Assembly: GCA_937930175.1 (NCBI GenBank)
Contig: CALGLP010000023.1
Location: forward strand, 100,872-164,871
Direction: 5' to 3'
From: an uncultured bacterium
GTDB lineage: Bacteria > Omnitrophota > Gorgyraeia > Zapsychrales > Aceulaceae
Length of the DNA: 64,000 bases
Shown here: positions 46,651-56,696 of the stretch, piece by piece
Layout: each line of letters opens with the position of its first letter
How positions within the stretch are numbered: position 1 is the first letter of the stretch
Notes under the pieces: model-generated
Seen by the model: only the letters and a program-made list of their open reading frames with translations
Told to the model about the DNA's origin: nothing
Databases searched by the model: none
Made by a program: the position numbers and the translations under genes

Positions 46651-46866
46651 TTAGCGGCTGTTATTTTTGCGCTTGGAAAAACAATCCTTGCAGTAGACCG
46701 GACGGTCGCCGCTGGGTTTGAAAGGAACTTCGCATTCTTTTTTGCATTCTGAACAAGTTGCTTTGTGGAACGTTGTCGGGCGATTGTTGCCGTACCCACT
46801 TCTACCACCATCTCTGTCAAAACCCATACTTCCTCCTTGATCTTTGGACCCAACCCGGTTGGACAC
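46651..46866 (-). CDS. Small zinc-ribbon protein (CxxC-x17-CxxC) with a Gly/Arg-rich N-terminal tail
   Basis: Motif TCSECKKECEVPFKPSGDRPVYCKDCF. The N-terminus is GFDRDGGRSGYGNNR. The start may be the internal Met (MGFDRDGG). Confidence 0.5.
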   Translation of the reverse strand: MSNRVGSKDQGGSMGFDRDGGRSGYGNNRPTTFHKATCSECKKECEVPFKPSGDRPVYCKDCFSKRKNNSR

Positions 46867-47173
46867 GAGTACAACCTTCTTGCTAGGTCACTTCGTTATC
46901 CTAGATAATACACCAACTTTGTTGAAAGCCAAGATAAATTTTTGATTATCGTTTTTTTAAGGGTTTCGTAGGTTATCAGAAACAAAAAGTTTTTATGATG
47001 CAAATTTTGCTCTCTTTTGTGATATTGTCTCAACAAGAGGCGCTTTTTAAGTTGCTTTCTTGAATATTTATGTTAAATTTAGACATATTTTAGGAGAAAT
47101 ACTTTCTATGAATTGCAAGAACGTCTTTTGATTCTTGTGCAGAAAAAGCAAACTCTTGAAGGAGGTTATCGGG

Positions 47174-47962
47174 ATGAAGGCAGGTATTTATTATTTCTCA
47201 GGCACTGGCAATTCTCTTGTGGTTGCGCAAGATATCACGCGTGGATTGGGCCAGGCAGCAGAGCTTGTCCCTATGGTCAAGGCTTTAGCTAGAAGCAATC
47301 AATCAGATTATGATGTCGTAGGTTTTGTTTATCCTGTCTACATGTTTGGCTTGCCGCGTATCGTTGTTGATTTTCTAAAGAAAATAGAAATAATATCTAA
47401 CGCTTATGTTTTTAGCGTTGCTACGTTTGGAGGGTTGCAAGGCAGGCCTCATAGCTTGGCCAAAGAGATTTTAGGAAAGCGCGGCATTGATTTGAGCGCA
47501 GGGTTTTCAGTCCTGATGCCTGGAAATTATACGCCGCTTTACGGGGCTATTGCCCAACAGGAGCAAGAGGCGATGTTTACGCGGCAAAAAACCAAGACGC
47601 AGGAGATTGTTGATTCTGTGCGTGTGAAAAAGAAAGGTTTACTAGAAGAAAAACCTTTTTTGCTTAATTTATTGCTTTATGTCGCGCTTTACAAAGGTGG
47701 GTCTTCTCAGATTCCTCTTGCCGCGAAAGGTTTCTGGCTGACCGAAGCTTGTACGCGATGCGGGATGTGCTCTAAGGTTTGTCCAGCTAAAAATATTCAG
47801 ATGAAAGAGGGAAAGCCTTTATGGCTTGCGCATTGTCAGCATTGTATGGCGTGTTTGCAATGGTGCCCGGTGGAAGCTATTCAATATAAGAAAGCGACTT
47901 TAGGTAAGAAGCGGTATCATCATCCGCGCGTTACGGCGCAAGATATCATGAGCCAGAAATAG
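47174..47962 (+). CDS. Flavodoxin-like domain fused to a 2x[4Fe-4S] ferredoxin domain
   Basis: The flavodoxin-like N-terminus is MKAGIYYFSGTGNS. Two Cys clusters are present (CTRCGMCSKVCP, CQHCMACLQWCP). An RBS gaaggagg precedes the ATG at 47174. Confidence 0.6.
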   Translation: MKAGIYYFSGTGNSLVVAQDITRGLGQAAELVPMVKALARSNQSDYDVVGFVYPVYMFGLPRIVVDFLKKIEIISNAYVFSVATFGGLQGRPHSLAKEILGKRGIDLSAGFSVLMPGNYTPLYGAIAQQEQEAMFTRQKTKTQEIVDSVRVKKKGLLEEKPFLLNLLLYVALYKGGSSQIPLAAKGFWLTEACTRCGMCSKVCPAKNIQMKEGKPLWLAHCQHCMACLQWCPVEAIQYKKATLGKKRYHHPRVTAQDIMSQK

Positions 47963-47983
47963 GAATTTCTTGGTAGGTGTTCT

Positions 47984-48424
47984 ATGAAAAACATTAAGAA
48001 CCTGACACCACAAAATTTTAAAATTTACGGTAAGATTATTGATTATCCTGGCAGAGAAAAGAAGGGAAGGGTGCGCAATCTTTGGCGTATTGTTCATAGT
48101 GAAAGCGCTAAGGTTGGTTGGCGCATCGCGTATCTTGTTTTAAGGGATCGCTCCCTTGGGCGACTGGAGCGTCATCCTCATTCGGATGAAACTTTTGAGC
48201 CTGTTCATGGAAAGGCTTTGCTATTTGTTTCATTGACAAAAGATATCAGCAAGGTTCAGTGTTTTTTGTTAGATCGCCCGATTGTTTTGCGTAAAGGGAT
48301 ATGGCACGGATTAATGAGCGTGGATCAAGAAGCGGAGATCAAGATAACAGAGAACAATATTGTTGTTTGTCAATACTGGCCCTTTGGTTTTCGCGTTCAA
48401 AGCCTGGCTGATTTTCAAAAATAG
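47984..48424 (+). CDS. Small cupin-like protein, possibly ureidoglycolate-lyase-like
   Basis: The N-terminal pattern FKIYGKIID resembles the AllA family. The similarity is weak. Confidence 0.3.
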   Translation: MKNIKNLTPQNFKIYGKIIDYPGREKKGRVRNLWRIVHSESAKVGWRIAYLVLRDRSLGRLERHPHSDETFEPVHGKALLFVSLTKDISKVQCFLLDRPIVLRKGIWHGLMSVDQEAEIKITENNIVVCQYWPFGFRVQSLADFQK

Positions 48425-48486
48425 TCCAACTTTTTCTTGTCTTGACAGGAGAAAGAAGTAGACTATAATCAAACGAAAAAAAATAG

Positions 48487-49413
48487 GTGTTTATGCTTAA
48501 GAAATATCACATTTTAGACGGTAAGCTCATCGAAAATGGTTTGCATGAAAGCCCGATCCAGGTTTATGTCAATCCGGATAAGGAGGAGAAGAACTTTCTT
48601 ATCAATACTTTGCAGATCGATGAGCACACCCTTAACTCAGCCTTGGATCCCGACGAGTTAAGTCGTCTTGAGTTCGAATCTAATCATGCTGTCGTAATCA
48701 TTAAAAGTCCCAAGCGTTATACTGCGGAAGATAATTTTCTTTTTAAAGTTTATTCGCTAGGTCTTTTTCTTTTTGCAGACAAACTCGTTATTGTTTTAAG
48801 TGAAGATGGGCTGTTGTTTGATGGCCGTCCGTTTCAGAGGCTTCGCTCCAATTTGGATGTTTTTTTAAAAGTCATTTTTCGTTCTATGCAGCATTTTGAA
48901 GGACATCTGAACATTATCCACAAGATTTCCAACGAGCTTGAATCAGAAATCAACCATGCCTTAACCAATAAAGATTTAATTAATATGTTTAATCTTGAAA
49001 AAAGCCTTGTTTATTATCTCAAGGCGATCAGCTCTAATAGCAAGGTGATTGAAAAGGTTAAAATAAATGCGGGAAAGCTTGGACTTTCTAATGAAGATAT
49101 TGAGTTTATTGAAGACATCACGATCGAAACGGCTCAATGTTTTGAAGAGGCGAATACCTATTTGCAGGTTATCTCGAACCTGATGGATGCCTGGGCTTCG
49201 ATGGTGAGCAATAATATTAATATTCGTATGAAGACACTAACGATTCTTTCAATTTGTATTATGGCGCCTACATTTATCGTAAGTCTTTTTTCTATGAACC
49301 TTCCTTTACCTTTGCCGCATCAAACGACGCTACTGCCGTTCTGGATCGTGGCCATTTTTGCTGCTATTTCGGTTGCTGTTATTGTTATTTTCTGGCGTAT
49401 TAAAAAATGGTAG
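48487..49413 (+). CDS. CorA-family divalent cation transporter. The GMN motif is replaced by SMN.
   Basis: Two C-terminal TM helices flank the motif FSMNLPLP. The N-terminal soluble domain is CorA-like. Confidence 0.65.
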   Translation: MFMLKKYHILDGKLIENGLHESPIQVYVNPDKEEKNFLINTLQIDEHTLNSALDPDELSRLEFESNHAVVIIKSPKRYTAEDNFLFKVYSLGLFLFADKLVIVLSEDGLLFDGRPFQRLRSNLDVFLKVIFRSMQHFEGHLNIIHKISNELESEINHALTNKDLINMFNLEKSLVYYLKAISSNSKVIEKVKINAGKLGLSNEDIEFIEDITIETAQCFEEANTYLQVISNLMDAWASMVSNNINIRMKTLTILSICIMAPTFIVSLFSMNLPLPLPHQTTLLPFWIVAIFAAISVAVIVIFWRIKKW

Positions 49414-49453
49414 AAATAGAGAGAAAATAAAAAGAGGGAGAGAACCAATTATT

Positions 49454-51223
49454 ATGCCTACACCGTTAGAAAAATGGGTTGAAGAACAAGCGCGCTTGAC
49501 CAAGCCAGAAAAGATTTATTGGTGTAATGGCTCCGAAGAAGAGGCGCGTACGCTGATCCAAATTGGCATGCAGGAAGAAAAAATCGAAGGATCGGCTGTT
49601 TTTCAAGCTCTCAATCCAACCACGTGGCCTGACGCCTATCTTCATCGCAGTCATCCTACCGATGTTGCGCGCACGGAACACTTGACCTTTGTTTGCCATC
49701 CTGATAAAGAAACCGCTGGGCCCAACAATAATTGGATGGCACCTGCCGAAGCTAAGGCATTGATGACCAAGATTTCTGAGGGGTGCATGAAGGGTCGCAC
49801 GATGTATGTCTTGCCCTATATGATGGGTCACCCTGATTCACCGTATGCTAAGGCCTGTGTCCAGCTGACAGATATTTCCTATGTGGCTGTCAGTATGCGG
49901 ATCATGACGCGCATGAGTAAAAAGGTGATTGAAAAGATTGGGCGTCGTAAAGATTTCGTTAAAGGTCTTCACTCCGTCGGAGATTTTGATATCAACAAGC
50001 GTTTTGTGATGCATTTTCCTGATGAAAATTTTGTCTGGAGCATTGGCTCAGGATATGGAGGCAACGCCCTTTTAGGAAAGAAATGTTTTTCCCTGCGTAT
50101 CGCAGCGTGTCAGGGATATAAAGAAGGATGGCTCGCAGAACACATGGTCATTTTAGGCATTGAAGATCCCCAAGGCCAGATCACTTATGTGACGGCGGCC
50201 TTGCCTTCAGCTTGTGGAAAAACAAACCTTGCTATGCTTCAGGCGACCTTGCCTGGTTATCGCGTGTGGACCTTAGGAGATGACATCGCGTGGCTTAACG
50301 TGGGCAAAGATGGACGCCTCTATGCGATCAACCCCGAGACAGGATTTTTTGGCGTGGCTCCGGGAACATCGATGAAAACGAATCCCAATATGATGCGTAC
50401 GCTACGATCGAATAAGTTTTATCCGACACTTTTTACCAATACGGCGTTTAATACCGAGGTCAATGAACCTTGGTGGGATGGTATTGATGGTCCAGTTCCG
50501 CATAATATTATGGATTGGCAGGGTAAGCCATGGAACCCAACCTTAGGAACAAAGGCTGCGCACGCGAATTCACGTTTCACGGTTTCGATTTATAACTGCC
50601 CAACTCTTTCTAAGGAGATTGATAATCCTAAAGGTGTTCCCATCTCGGCGATTATTTTAGGTGGTCGACGAACTCAGCGTGTGCCACTCGTAACCGAATC
50701 TATGGATTGGCAAAACGGTGTTTTTTTAGGAGCGAGAACAGGCTCTGAAACAACCGCAGCCGCCTTGGGACAAGTGGGTGCTCTTCGACGTGATCCTATG
50801 GCCATGATCCCGTTTTGTGGATACAATATGGGAGATTATTTTGGCCATTGGCTCAAAGTTGGGTCGCGCTTAAAACATCCGCCTAAGATCTTTTCTGTTA
50901 ATTGGTTTAGGGCGAATGAGCAGGGTGAGTATATCTGGCCTGGATTTGGTGAAAATATTCGGGTTTTGAAATGGATTGTCGATCGTGTTAATGATCGCGT
51001 AGGTGTTAGGGAGACACCTATTGGTTTTTTACCTCAGGTGAAAGATCTAGATATGACTGGGCTGCATATTCCAGCTGATAAATTGGAGCAACTTTTTTCT
51101 GTCGATAAGGCGCAGTGGCAGGATGAAGTGAAAGATATTGAAAAGTTCTTTGCTCAATTTGGCCATCACTTACCTAAGGCGATGGCGGATGAGTGCGCTA
51201 AGCTTAAAAAGGCATTTGCCTAG
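49454..51223 (+). CDS. pckG: Phosphoenolpyruvate carboxykinase (GTP)
   Basis: MPTPLEKWVEE N-terminus. Kinase-1a motif GSGYGGNALLGKKCFSLRIA. Motif CGKTN. The ATG at 49454 is preferred over the track start at 49358. Confidence 0.9.
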   Translation: MPTPLEKWVEEQARLTKPEKIYWCNGSEEEARTLIQIGMQEEKIEGSAVFQALNPTTWPDAYLHRSHPTDVARTEHLTFVCHPDKETAGPNNNWMAPAEAKALMTKISEGCMKGRTMYVLPYMMGHPDSPYAKACVQLTDISYVAVSMRIMTRMSKKVIEKIGRRKDFVKGLHSVGDFDINKRFVMHFPDENFVWSIGSGYGGNALLGKKCFSLRIAACQGYKEGWLAEHMVILGIEDPQGQITYVTAALPSACGKTNLAMLQATLPGYRVWTLGDDIAWLNVGKDGRLYAINPETGFFGVAPGTSMKTNPNMMRTLRSNKFYPTLFTNTAFNTEVNEPWWDGIDGPVPHNIMDWQGKPWNPTLGTKAAHANSRFTVSIYNCPTLSKEIDNPKGVPISAIILGGRRTQRVPLVTESMDWQNGVFLGARTGSETTAAALGQVGALRRDPMAMIPFCGYNMGDYFGHWLKVGSRLKHPPKIFSVNWFRANEQGEYIWPGFGENIRVLKWIVDRVNDRVGVRETPIGFLPQVKDLDMTGLHIPADKLEQLFSVDKAQWQDEVKDIEKFFAQFGHHLPKAMADECAKLKKAFA

Positions 51224-51417
51224 CGATAAAAAGATTGCGCGACCAAGCCCTGCAGGTGCTCAAAAAATCTTCTTAAGATCTGCCTTTGGCTTATTGTAAA
51301 ATATACAATACCCTTTTCATTTAAAGCATTATTTTCCATTGTTAGCGGGGAAAGTATCTGCGCTCGGAAACTATATGTGTTTAATATTATTCTGTTTTTG
51401 ACCCAAGGAAGCTAAAA

Positions 51418-53034
51418 ATGATTTCTGTTAATAATGTTTCGTTGCAGTATGGCCAGCGCAAGCTTTTTGCCGGCGTGAACATTGTGTTCTCGTCGGGTAA
51501 TTGCTATGGGCTTATTGGAGCCAATGGCTCAGGGAAGTCGACATTCTTGAAGATCCTTTCGGGGGAAATTGAAACAACGACCGGCGAGGTCACTGTGGTC
51601 AAGGGCAAACGCGTTTCAATTCTAAAACAAGATCAGTTTGCCTTTGATGAGTTTTCTGTTCTGACAACCGTGATCATGGGGCACAAGCGGCTTTACGATA
51701 TTATGATGGAAAAAGAAGCGCTTTACGCCAAGGCGGATTTTTCTGACGCGGATGGGATGCGCATTGCGGACTTGGACCATGAGTTTTCTGAGCTTAACGG
51801 GTGGAACGCCGAGTCTGAGGCCTCACAGCTGTTAAGTCGGCTTGGCATCGGCGAAGACCTTTGTGCGTTGCCGATGAAACAGCTTGAGGCAGGGCAGAAG
51901 GTGCGCGTACTTTTAGCGCAGGCGCTGTTTGGCAATCCAGATATTTTACTTTTGGATGAGCCGACCAATCATTTGGATATTGAAACATGTATGTGGCTTG
52001 AAGAATTTTTGTGTGATTTTGAAAATACCGCGATCGTCGTCTCCCACGACCGCCATTTTCTCGATAAGGTCTGCACGCATATTGCGGATATTGATTTTGG
52101 CAAGATCCAGCTTTATCCCGGCAACTATGCCTTTTGGCAGGAGTCAAGCCAGCTGGCGCTGCGTCAACGCAGCGAGGCCAACAAAAAGATTGAAGAAAAG
52201 CGAAAAGAGCTCATGGATTTTATTGCGCGCTTTAGCGCCAATGCGTCAAAGGCCAAGCAGGCCACAAGCCGCAAAAAAAGCCTAGAGAAGCTTACCATTG
52301 AAGAAATTCGCCCATCGTCGAGAAAATATCCTTATGTTGGGTTTGACCAAGAGCGCGAAGCGGGCAACGACCTTTTGCATATCAACGGTTTGTCGAAATC
52401 CATTGACGGCCAAGTGATGTTTGAGAATTTAAATATGACGATTGAAAAAGGAGACAAGGTTGCTTTTGTGGGCCCCAACGATCTCGCCAAGACTCTGCTT
52501 TTCCAGATCCTGATGGAGGAGCTCAAGGCGGATAGCGGAGAGTTTAAGTGGGGTTTCTCGACCCGGCGCGCGTATTATCCTAAGGAGAATCTGAAGTATT
52601 TCGATAATGAATTGAATATCATTGATTGGCTCCGCCAGTTTTCGGATAATACGGACGAAAATTTTGTGCGCGGATTCTTAGGTCGTATGCTTTTTTCCGG
52701 GGATGAGACTTTTAAGCCTGTCAAGGTTCTCTCCGGCGGGGAAAAGGTGAGGTGTATGCTTGCGCGGATGATGCTTTTACGGGCGAATGTGTTGATCCTC
52801 GATGAGCCCACCAATCATTTAGATCTGGAATCGTTAACTGCCCTCAACCGTGGCCTTGAAAAATTTCGCGGTACGATCCTTTTTTCCTCCCACGACCATG
52901 AGCTTGTCCAAACCGTAGCCAACCGCATTGTTGAGATCACCCCTAAGGGCTACATTGACCTGGTTGGCACAACCTTTGATGAATATTTAGCTGATGAGAA
53001 GACCAGAGAACGGTTAAAAAAGATGTACGCATAA
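51418..53034 (+). CDS. ABC-F family ATPase (two ABC domains, no TMD; EttA/Uup-like)
   Basis: Two Walker A motifs (GANGSGKST, GPNDLAKT). Two signature motifs (LSGGEK variants). Two Walker B motifs (LLLDEPTNHLD, LILDEPTNHLD). Confidence 0.85.
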   Translation: MISVNNVSLQYGQRKLFAGVNIVFSSGNCYGLIGANGSGKSTFLKILSGEIETTTGEVTVVKGKRVSILKQDQFAFDEFSVLTTVIMGHKRLYDIMMEKEALYAKADFSDADGMRIADLDHEFSELNGWNAESEASQLLSRLGIGEDLCALPMKQLEAGQKVRVLLAQALFGNPDILLLDEPTNHLDIETCMWLEEFLCDFENTAIVVSHDRHFLDKVCTHIADIDFGKIQLYPGNYAFWQESSQLALRQRSEANKKIEEKRKELMDFIARFSANASKAKQATSRKKSLEKLTIEEIRPSSRKYPYVGFDQEREAGNDLLHINGLSKSIDGQVMFENLNMTIEKGDKVAFVGPNDLAKTLLFQILMEELKADSGEFKWGFSTRRAYYPKENLKYFDNELNIIDWLRQFSDNTDENFVRGFLGRMLFSGDETFKPVKVLSGGEKVRCMLARMMLLRANVLILDEPTNHLDLESLTALNRGLEKFRGTILFSSHDHELVQTVANRIVEITPKGYIDLVGTTFDEYLADEKTRERLKKMYA

Positions 53035-53069
53035 GCGTTACGTGTCGATCAGGGGTGTTATCTTTACCC

Positions 53070-53097
53070 TTGACGCCTGGAAGAGTTGGCCTATACT
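53070..53097 (+). promoter_or_regulatory. Candidate sigma70 promoter (TTGACG-N16-TATACT) upstream of the Arg/Ser-rich protein gene
   Basis: Near-consensus hexamers seen directly in the sequence, about 70 nt upstream of the ATG at 53170. Confidence 0.35.
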
Positions 53098-53169
53098 GAC
53101 GGTGCTATCGTTTGCATTCTTAAGCAAAATAATTTTAAAGTTATGAGTATTTAACGAAAGGAAGGCGAC

Positions 53170-53658
53170 ATGAGTGAAGAATTGAAGAATGAGGGTGTTC
53201 CCGTAATGCCCGAGACCCAAACAGATGTTGTTGCCATGATCAAAAAGATGCAGCAGCAATTAATTGCGCTCGATAAGAAGATCGAGATCTTGATGGGTCG
53301 GCCCAGAGAAAGTTCATTTGGGCATAAGCCTTACGCGCGACCATCTGGTTCTTTTAGTCGCCCTTCGTTTCATGGCAGAAGCGATCGTCGTCCGTCTGAC
53401 AGGGGAGAATATCGTCATGGCGGCCGATCATCTTTTGGCAGCCGCGATTCATTTCGCTCAGGAGAAACGCGGGAAGGTCATTTTAGAGAGCGAGATTCGA
53501 GGGAAGGTTCTTCGTTTGAGAAAAAACCGTATAGCAGCGCAAGGTCTTATCATGGCGGTGAGAGATCACGTAGCAGCGATAGGTCTCATGGTGGAGAACC
53601 GCGTGCCTTTGCATCCAAAAAGAAGCCATTCTTTCTAAAGCGCAAAGAACGGGAATAG
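53170..53658 (+). CDS. Arg/Ser/Gly-rich intrinsically disordered protein (162 aa) with a short N-terminal helical segment
   Basis: The C-terminal ~110 aa are low-complexity (SFGHKPYARPSGSFSRPSFHGRSDRRPSDRGEYRHGGRSSFGSRDSFRSGETREGHF...). RBS gaaaggaagg. Confidence 0.5.
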   Translation: MSEELKNEGVPVMPETQTDVVAMIKKMQQQLIALDKKIEILMGRPRESSFGHKPYARPSGSFSRPSFHGRSDRRPSDRGEYRHGGRSSFGSRDSFRSGETREGHFRERDSREGSSFEKKPYSSARSYHGGERSRSSDRSHGGEPRAFASKKKPFFLKRKERE

Positions 53659-54066
53659 GAAATAGGTAAAGATTTCATAGTCTGAAGGGAGGCCTTTTTA
53701 ATCGGTTCTTGTTGTTCATTGATACTATTATTAAGAATAGATGCGTGCGAAAAGTTTGCAGTAGGTCAAGACTTTGAAAATCAATCGTTTGGAGATGATC
53801 GACCGATCGTTCGCTAGGAAGTGGTTTAAGCATAAGCGAAGTCATTTCCTATGACTGAGGATAAAATGTTTGAAGAAAAGCCGAGACCTTCCGGCTAGGG
53901 CCTGCTAACTTTTACTCAAAGCGCGTCATGTTATCTGTGTATTTTCTTGTTAGATGCCTACTGTCACTCAATGTCCACTCAATCGTGGGCATTTTTTTTG
54001 TATTAATGCCGTTGGCGTAAGTCTGAGGATTTTCATATTGACAGGAAAATCTTTTTTGCTATTATA

Positions 54067-54085
54067 AACAGAAATCATTTCTATT
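54067..54085. promoter_or_regulatory. Fur-box-like inverted repeat (acAGAAATcATTTCTatt) immediately upstream of fur-family gene 1
   Basis: 6-1-6 palindrome overlapping the -10 / RBS region of the TTG-start fur-family gene at 54099. Confidence 0.45.
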
Positions 54086-54098
54086 TGAGGAGGCGCTA

Positions 54099-54515
54099 TT
54101 GGAACAGTATTTAGGGAAGCTAAAAGAAGGTGGTTTTAAGCTCACGCCGCGCAGGCAGGCGATCATTGAGCTTTTTGTTGATGGGAAGACTCATCTGACG
54201 CCGGAAGAGGCGTGGGAGGGGCTCAAGAAGCAGTTTGACCGGTGCGGGCTTCCCAGCGTGTACCGCAATCTTGAGAGTTTGGTTGAATGTGGAATATTAA
54301 CGAGGATCCAGCAGTTTGACCGCAAAAAGCATTACGGGTTATGTTCCGCGCTTCACGGCGATCATCACCATCATCACATCACCTGTATCAAGTGCGGGAA
54401 GGTCGATGAGATAAAAGACTGCGCGATTAATGAGGTTAAGAAGATCAAGGGGTATAAAGTCGTGAGTCATTTTATGCAGGTTAACGGGGTATGCGCCGGT
54501 TGCTCTAAAGAGTAA
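54099..54515 (+). CDS. Fur-family transcriptional regulator (Fur/Zur/PerR-type). TTG start.
   Basis: DNA-binding helix region LTPRRQAIIELF...PSVYRNLESLVECGIL. HHHHH plus CxxC...CxxC metal sites (ITCIKCG...CAGCS). RBS gaggagg precedes the TTG start. Confidence 0.8.
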   Translation: MEQYLGKLKEGGFKLTPRRQAIIELFVDGKTHLTPEEAWEGLKKQFDRCGLPSVYRNLESLVECGILTRIQQFDRKKHYGLCSALHGDHHHHHITCIKCGKVDEIKDCAINEVKKIKGYKVVSHFMQVNGVCAGCSKE

Positions 54516-54533
54516 AATTTTTTAATTTCTAAA

Positions 54534-54548
54534 TAGAAATGATTTCTA
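54534..54548. promoter_or_regulatory. Fur-box-like inverted repeat (TAGAAATgATTTCTA) upstream of the His/Cys-rich membrane protein gene
   Basis: Perfect 7-1-7 palindrome, related to the site at 54067. Confidence 0.45.
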
Positions 54549-54633
54549 CTTAAAATGTGTCAATATTGCGGGAATACTGGATTATGCGGGTTATTTTTTG
54601 GCACTGTCATGTTGAAATTAGGGCAATGGATAG

Positions 54634-55317
54634 TTGCATTATATAAAAGCCTCCGCAAGAAACCAAGAAAGGATCAATCAAATGCTCTTGAAAATAATAC
54701 ATGAATTAAAAGCGCACGCGCCATTTACTTTATTCGGCGCATTAACGGGTATCGTTTTGATGTTTGTTTTCCGCGGCATATCTCATGAAGCGGCTCATAA
54801 TTTCTTTTACATTTTTCACCCGCTGCATATCTGCTTAAGTGCTATCGTCACCGCTGCTATGTACAAGAGGTATCTTTCCAGCGAGCGCCCTGGGATTAAG
54901 CTATTTTTGAAAGTTCTAGTGGTTGGATATGTAGGATCGGTAACTGTTGGAACGTTAAGTGATTCTTTGATCCCGTTCTGGGGCGAATCGTTACTTCATA
55001 TGCCTCATCGGCATGTTCATATTGGTTTTGTCGAGAAATGGTGGCTGATCAATCCTCTTGCGGTATCGGCCATTGTTTTTGCCTATTTTAAGCCGGTGAC
55101 AAAATTCCCGCATGCCGGACATGTTCTTGTTAGCACGTGGGCATCGCTTTTTCATATGCTGATGGCCACCGACCATAGCCACAGTATTCCCTATTTGGGT
55201 ATATTTATTTTCTTGTTTCTAGCGGTGTGGATTCCGTGTTGTTTTAGCGATATTGTTTTTCCTTTGCTGTTTATACGTGACAAGAATGCCGTGATGGCCT
55301 GTGGGCATTGCAAATAA
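54634..55317 (+). CDS. His/Cys-rich polytopic membrane protein, probably metal-related
   Basis: Clusters HNFFYIFHPLH, HMPHRHVHIGF, HMLMATDHSHS. C-terminal ACGHCK. It sits between two Fur-family genes, behind a Fur-box-like site. Confidence 0.4.
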   Translation: MHYIKASARNQERINQMLLKIIHELKAHAPFTLFGALTGIVLMFVFRGISHEAAHNFFYIFHPLHICLSAIVTAAMYKRYLSSERPGIKLFLKVLVVGYVGSVTVGTLSDSLIPFWGESLLHMPHRHVHIGFVEKWWLINPLAVSAIVFAYFKPVTKFPHAGHVLVSTWASLFHMLMATDHSHSIPYLGIFIFLFLAVWIPCCFSDIVFPLLFIRDKNAVMACGHCK

Positions 55318-55348
55318 CGATTGAATTAAGAGAGAAGGAAAGATTGGC

Positions 55349-55834
55349 ATGAGGAAATGTTTAGGTTTTGTAGTTGTGATGCTTTTTTTATTGCAAAGTG
55401 TTTTAAGTAATATGGCATTCGCTCAGACATCGGTGTTTGATCTTGGGCAGGGGGTTGTTTCTAAGGAGTGGGATCAAGAAGAAAAGCTGACCATCGAAGA
55501 AAAAGAGAAGATCACGCAGAAGACCCTTAAGTCTCACAAGGTGGTTGACTTGGCTGAGATATTGCCCGATGAATTGATCGAGGCATTCATGATCCGCAAA
55601 AGCTGTTATGGCAATGAGGTAGGACTACGGGGTTTTACGAAAAGCAATTTACGTTTTACGTTAGATGATGCTTTAATCGAAGGTTCTTGCGGAAGCCGTA
55701 AAGACCCGCCGCTTTCACACATTAATATGCTTACGGTTAAAAGTTTAGAGGTTAAACAAGGGCCTTATGACGTCAGTGCTACTGGGACGCTGGGAGTTGA
55801 TATTAATGTTATTTCAAAAGATACTCAAAAATGA
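55349..55834 (+). CDS. Secreted protein of unknown function (161 aa)
   Basis: Signal peptide MRKCLGFVVVMLFLLQSVLSNMAFA. Confidence 0.4.
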   Translation: MRKCLGFVVVMLFLLQSVLSNMAFAQTSVFDLGQGVVSKEWDQEEKLTIEEKEKITQKTLKSHKVVDLAEILPDELIEAFMIRKSCYGNEVGLRGFTKSNLRFTLDDALIEGSCGSRKDPPLSHINMLTVKSLEVKQGPYDVSATGTLGVDINVISKDTQK

Positions 55835-55991
55835 GTGAAAAGATAAAGATAGAGTTGGATATTATGTTTATCTTTTATTTGTTTGCGAAGTAGTTTCTAA
55901 AGAATTTCTTTTGAATAATAAGAATAAGGCCGCTACAATTTTTTTAAAGATCGATATTGTTAAATGCCGTAAATCTGCGCAGGTAGGCTAA

Positions 55992-56687
55992 ATGATGAAC
56001 ACCTTACAAACAATCATTACGCAATCGCCTTTTCTGGCAATTGTTATTGTCTTTTGGGCTGGATTTGTTGCGTCTTTGAGTTCTTGCACGCTCGTCAGGA
56101 TCCCGATTGTTTTTGGATATGTTTCGGGGGCCTCCAACTCCAAGAAGCACTCTTTTTTATTGTCGCTATCTTTGGTCGCAGGCTTGGTTGTTAGTTATAC
56201 ACTGGTAGGAATACTGCTTATCTTTTTAAAGAATTTTGCGTCTCATCTGGTGCAAATGAGCAGGTACACGTATTTGGTGCTTGGAATTCTTTTGCTTGGC
56301 TCAGGCTTAGTTTATACTGGCCTTATCCCGACCAAGCATGCGCACGCGCAATGCCACACCAAGAATACGTTTAAAAAGTCTGGGTTTGTTGGCGCCTTTC
56401 TTTTTGGCCTGATGTTTGCATTTCTCGAGATGCCGGCTTGTCCTTGCTGCGCATCCGTACTTTTTGTGATCGTTGGCGTTGTGAGCTTGTGTGGTTCATG
56501 GGTTTATTCTTTTATTATTTTGTTAAGCTTTGCTCTTGGGCAAGGTTTGCCGATTCTTTTGATCGGGTCTTCGACAAGCTTAACGAAGATCTTGGCGCCT
56601 AAGATGGAGAGATTTGAAAAATATATTCAATTTATCGCGGGAACGATTTTGATCCTTATTGCTTCATACTTCTTTATTATCGCATAA
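55992..56687 (+). CDS. CcdA/DsbD-transmembrane-domain-like protein with paired Cys motifs
   Basis: Six TM segments. Cys in TM1 (FVASLSSCTLVRIP) and a CPCC motif (EMPACPCCASV). Confidence 0.45.
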   Translation: MMNTLQTIITQSPFLAIVIVFWAGFVASLSSCTLVRIPIVFGYVSGASNSKKHSFLLSLSLVAGLVVSYTLVGILLIFLKNFASHLVQMSRYTYLVLGILLLGSGLVYTGLIPTKHAHAQCHTKNTFKKSGFVGAFLFGLMFAFLEMPACPCCASVLFVIVGVVSLCGSWVYSFIILLSFALGQGLPILLIGSSTSLTKILAPKMERFEKYIQFIAGTILILIASYFFIIA

Positions 56688-56696
56688 AGGTGTTTA

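Noticed and set aside
51723-52814. Several 60–120-aa ORFs on both strands inside the ABC-F gene
   Set aside because: They are embedded in a CDS with clear duplicated ABC motifs. They are products of GC-rich codon usage.
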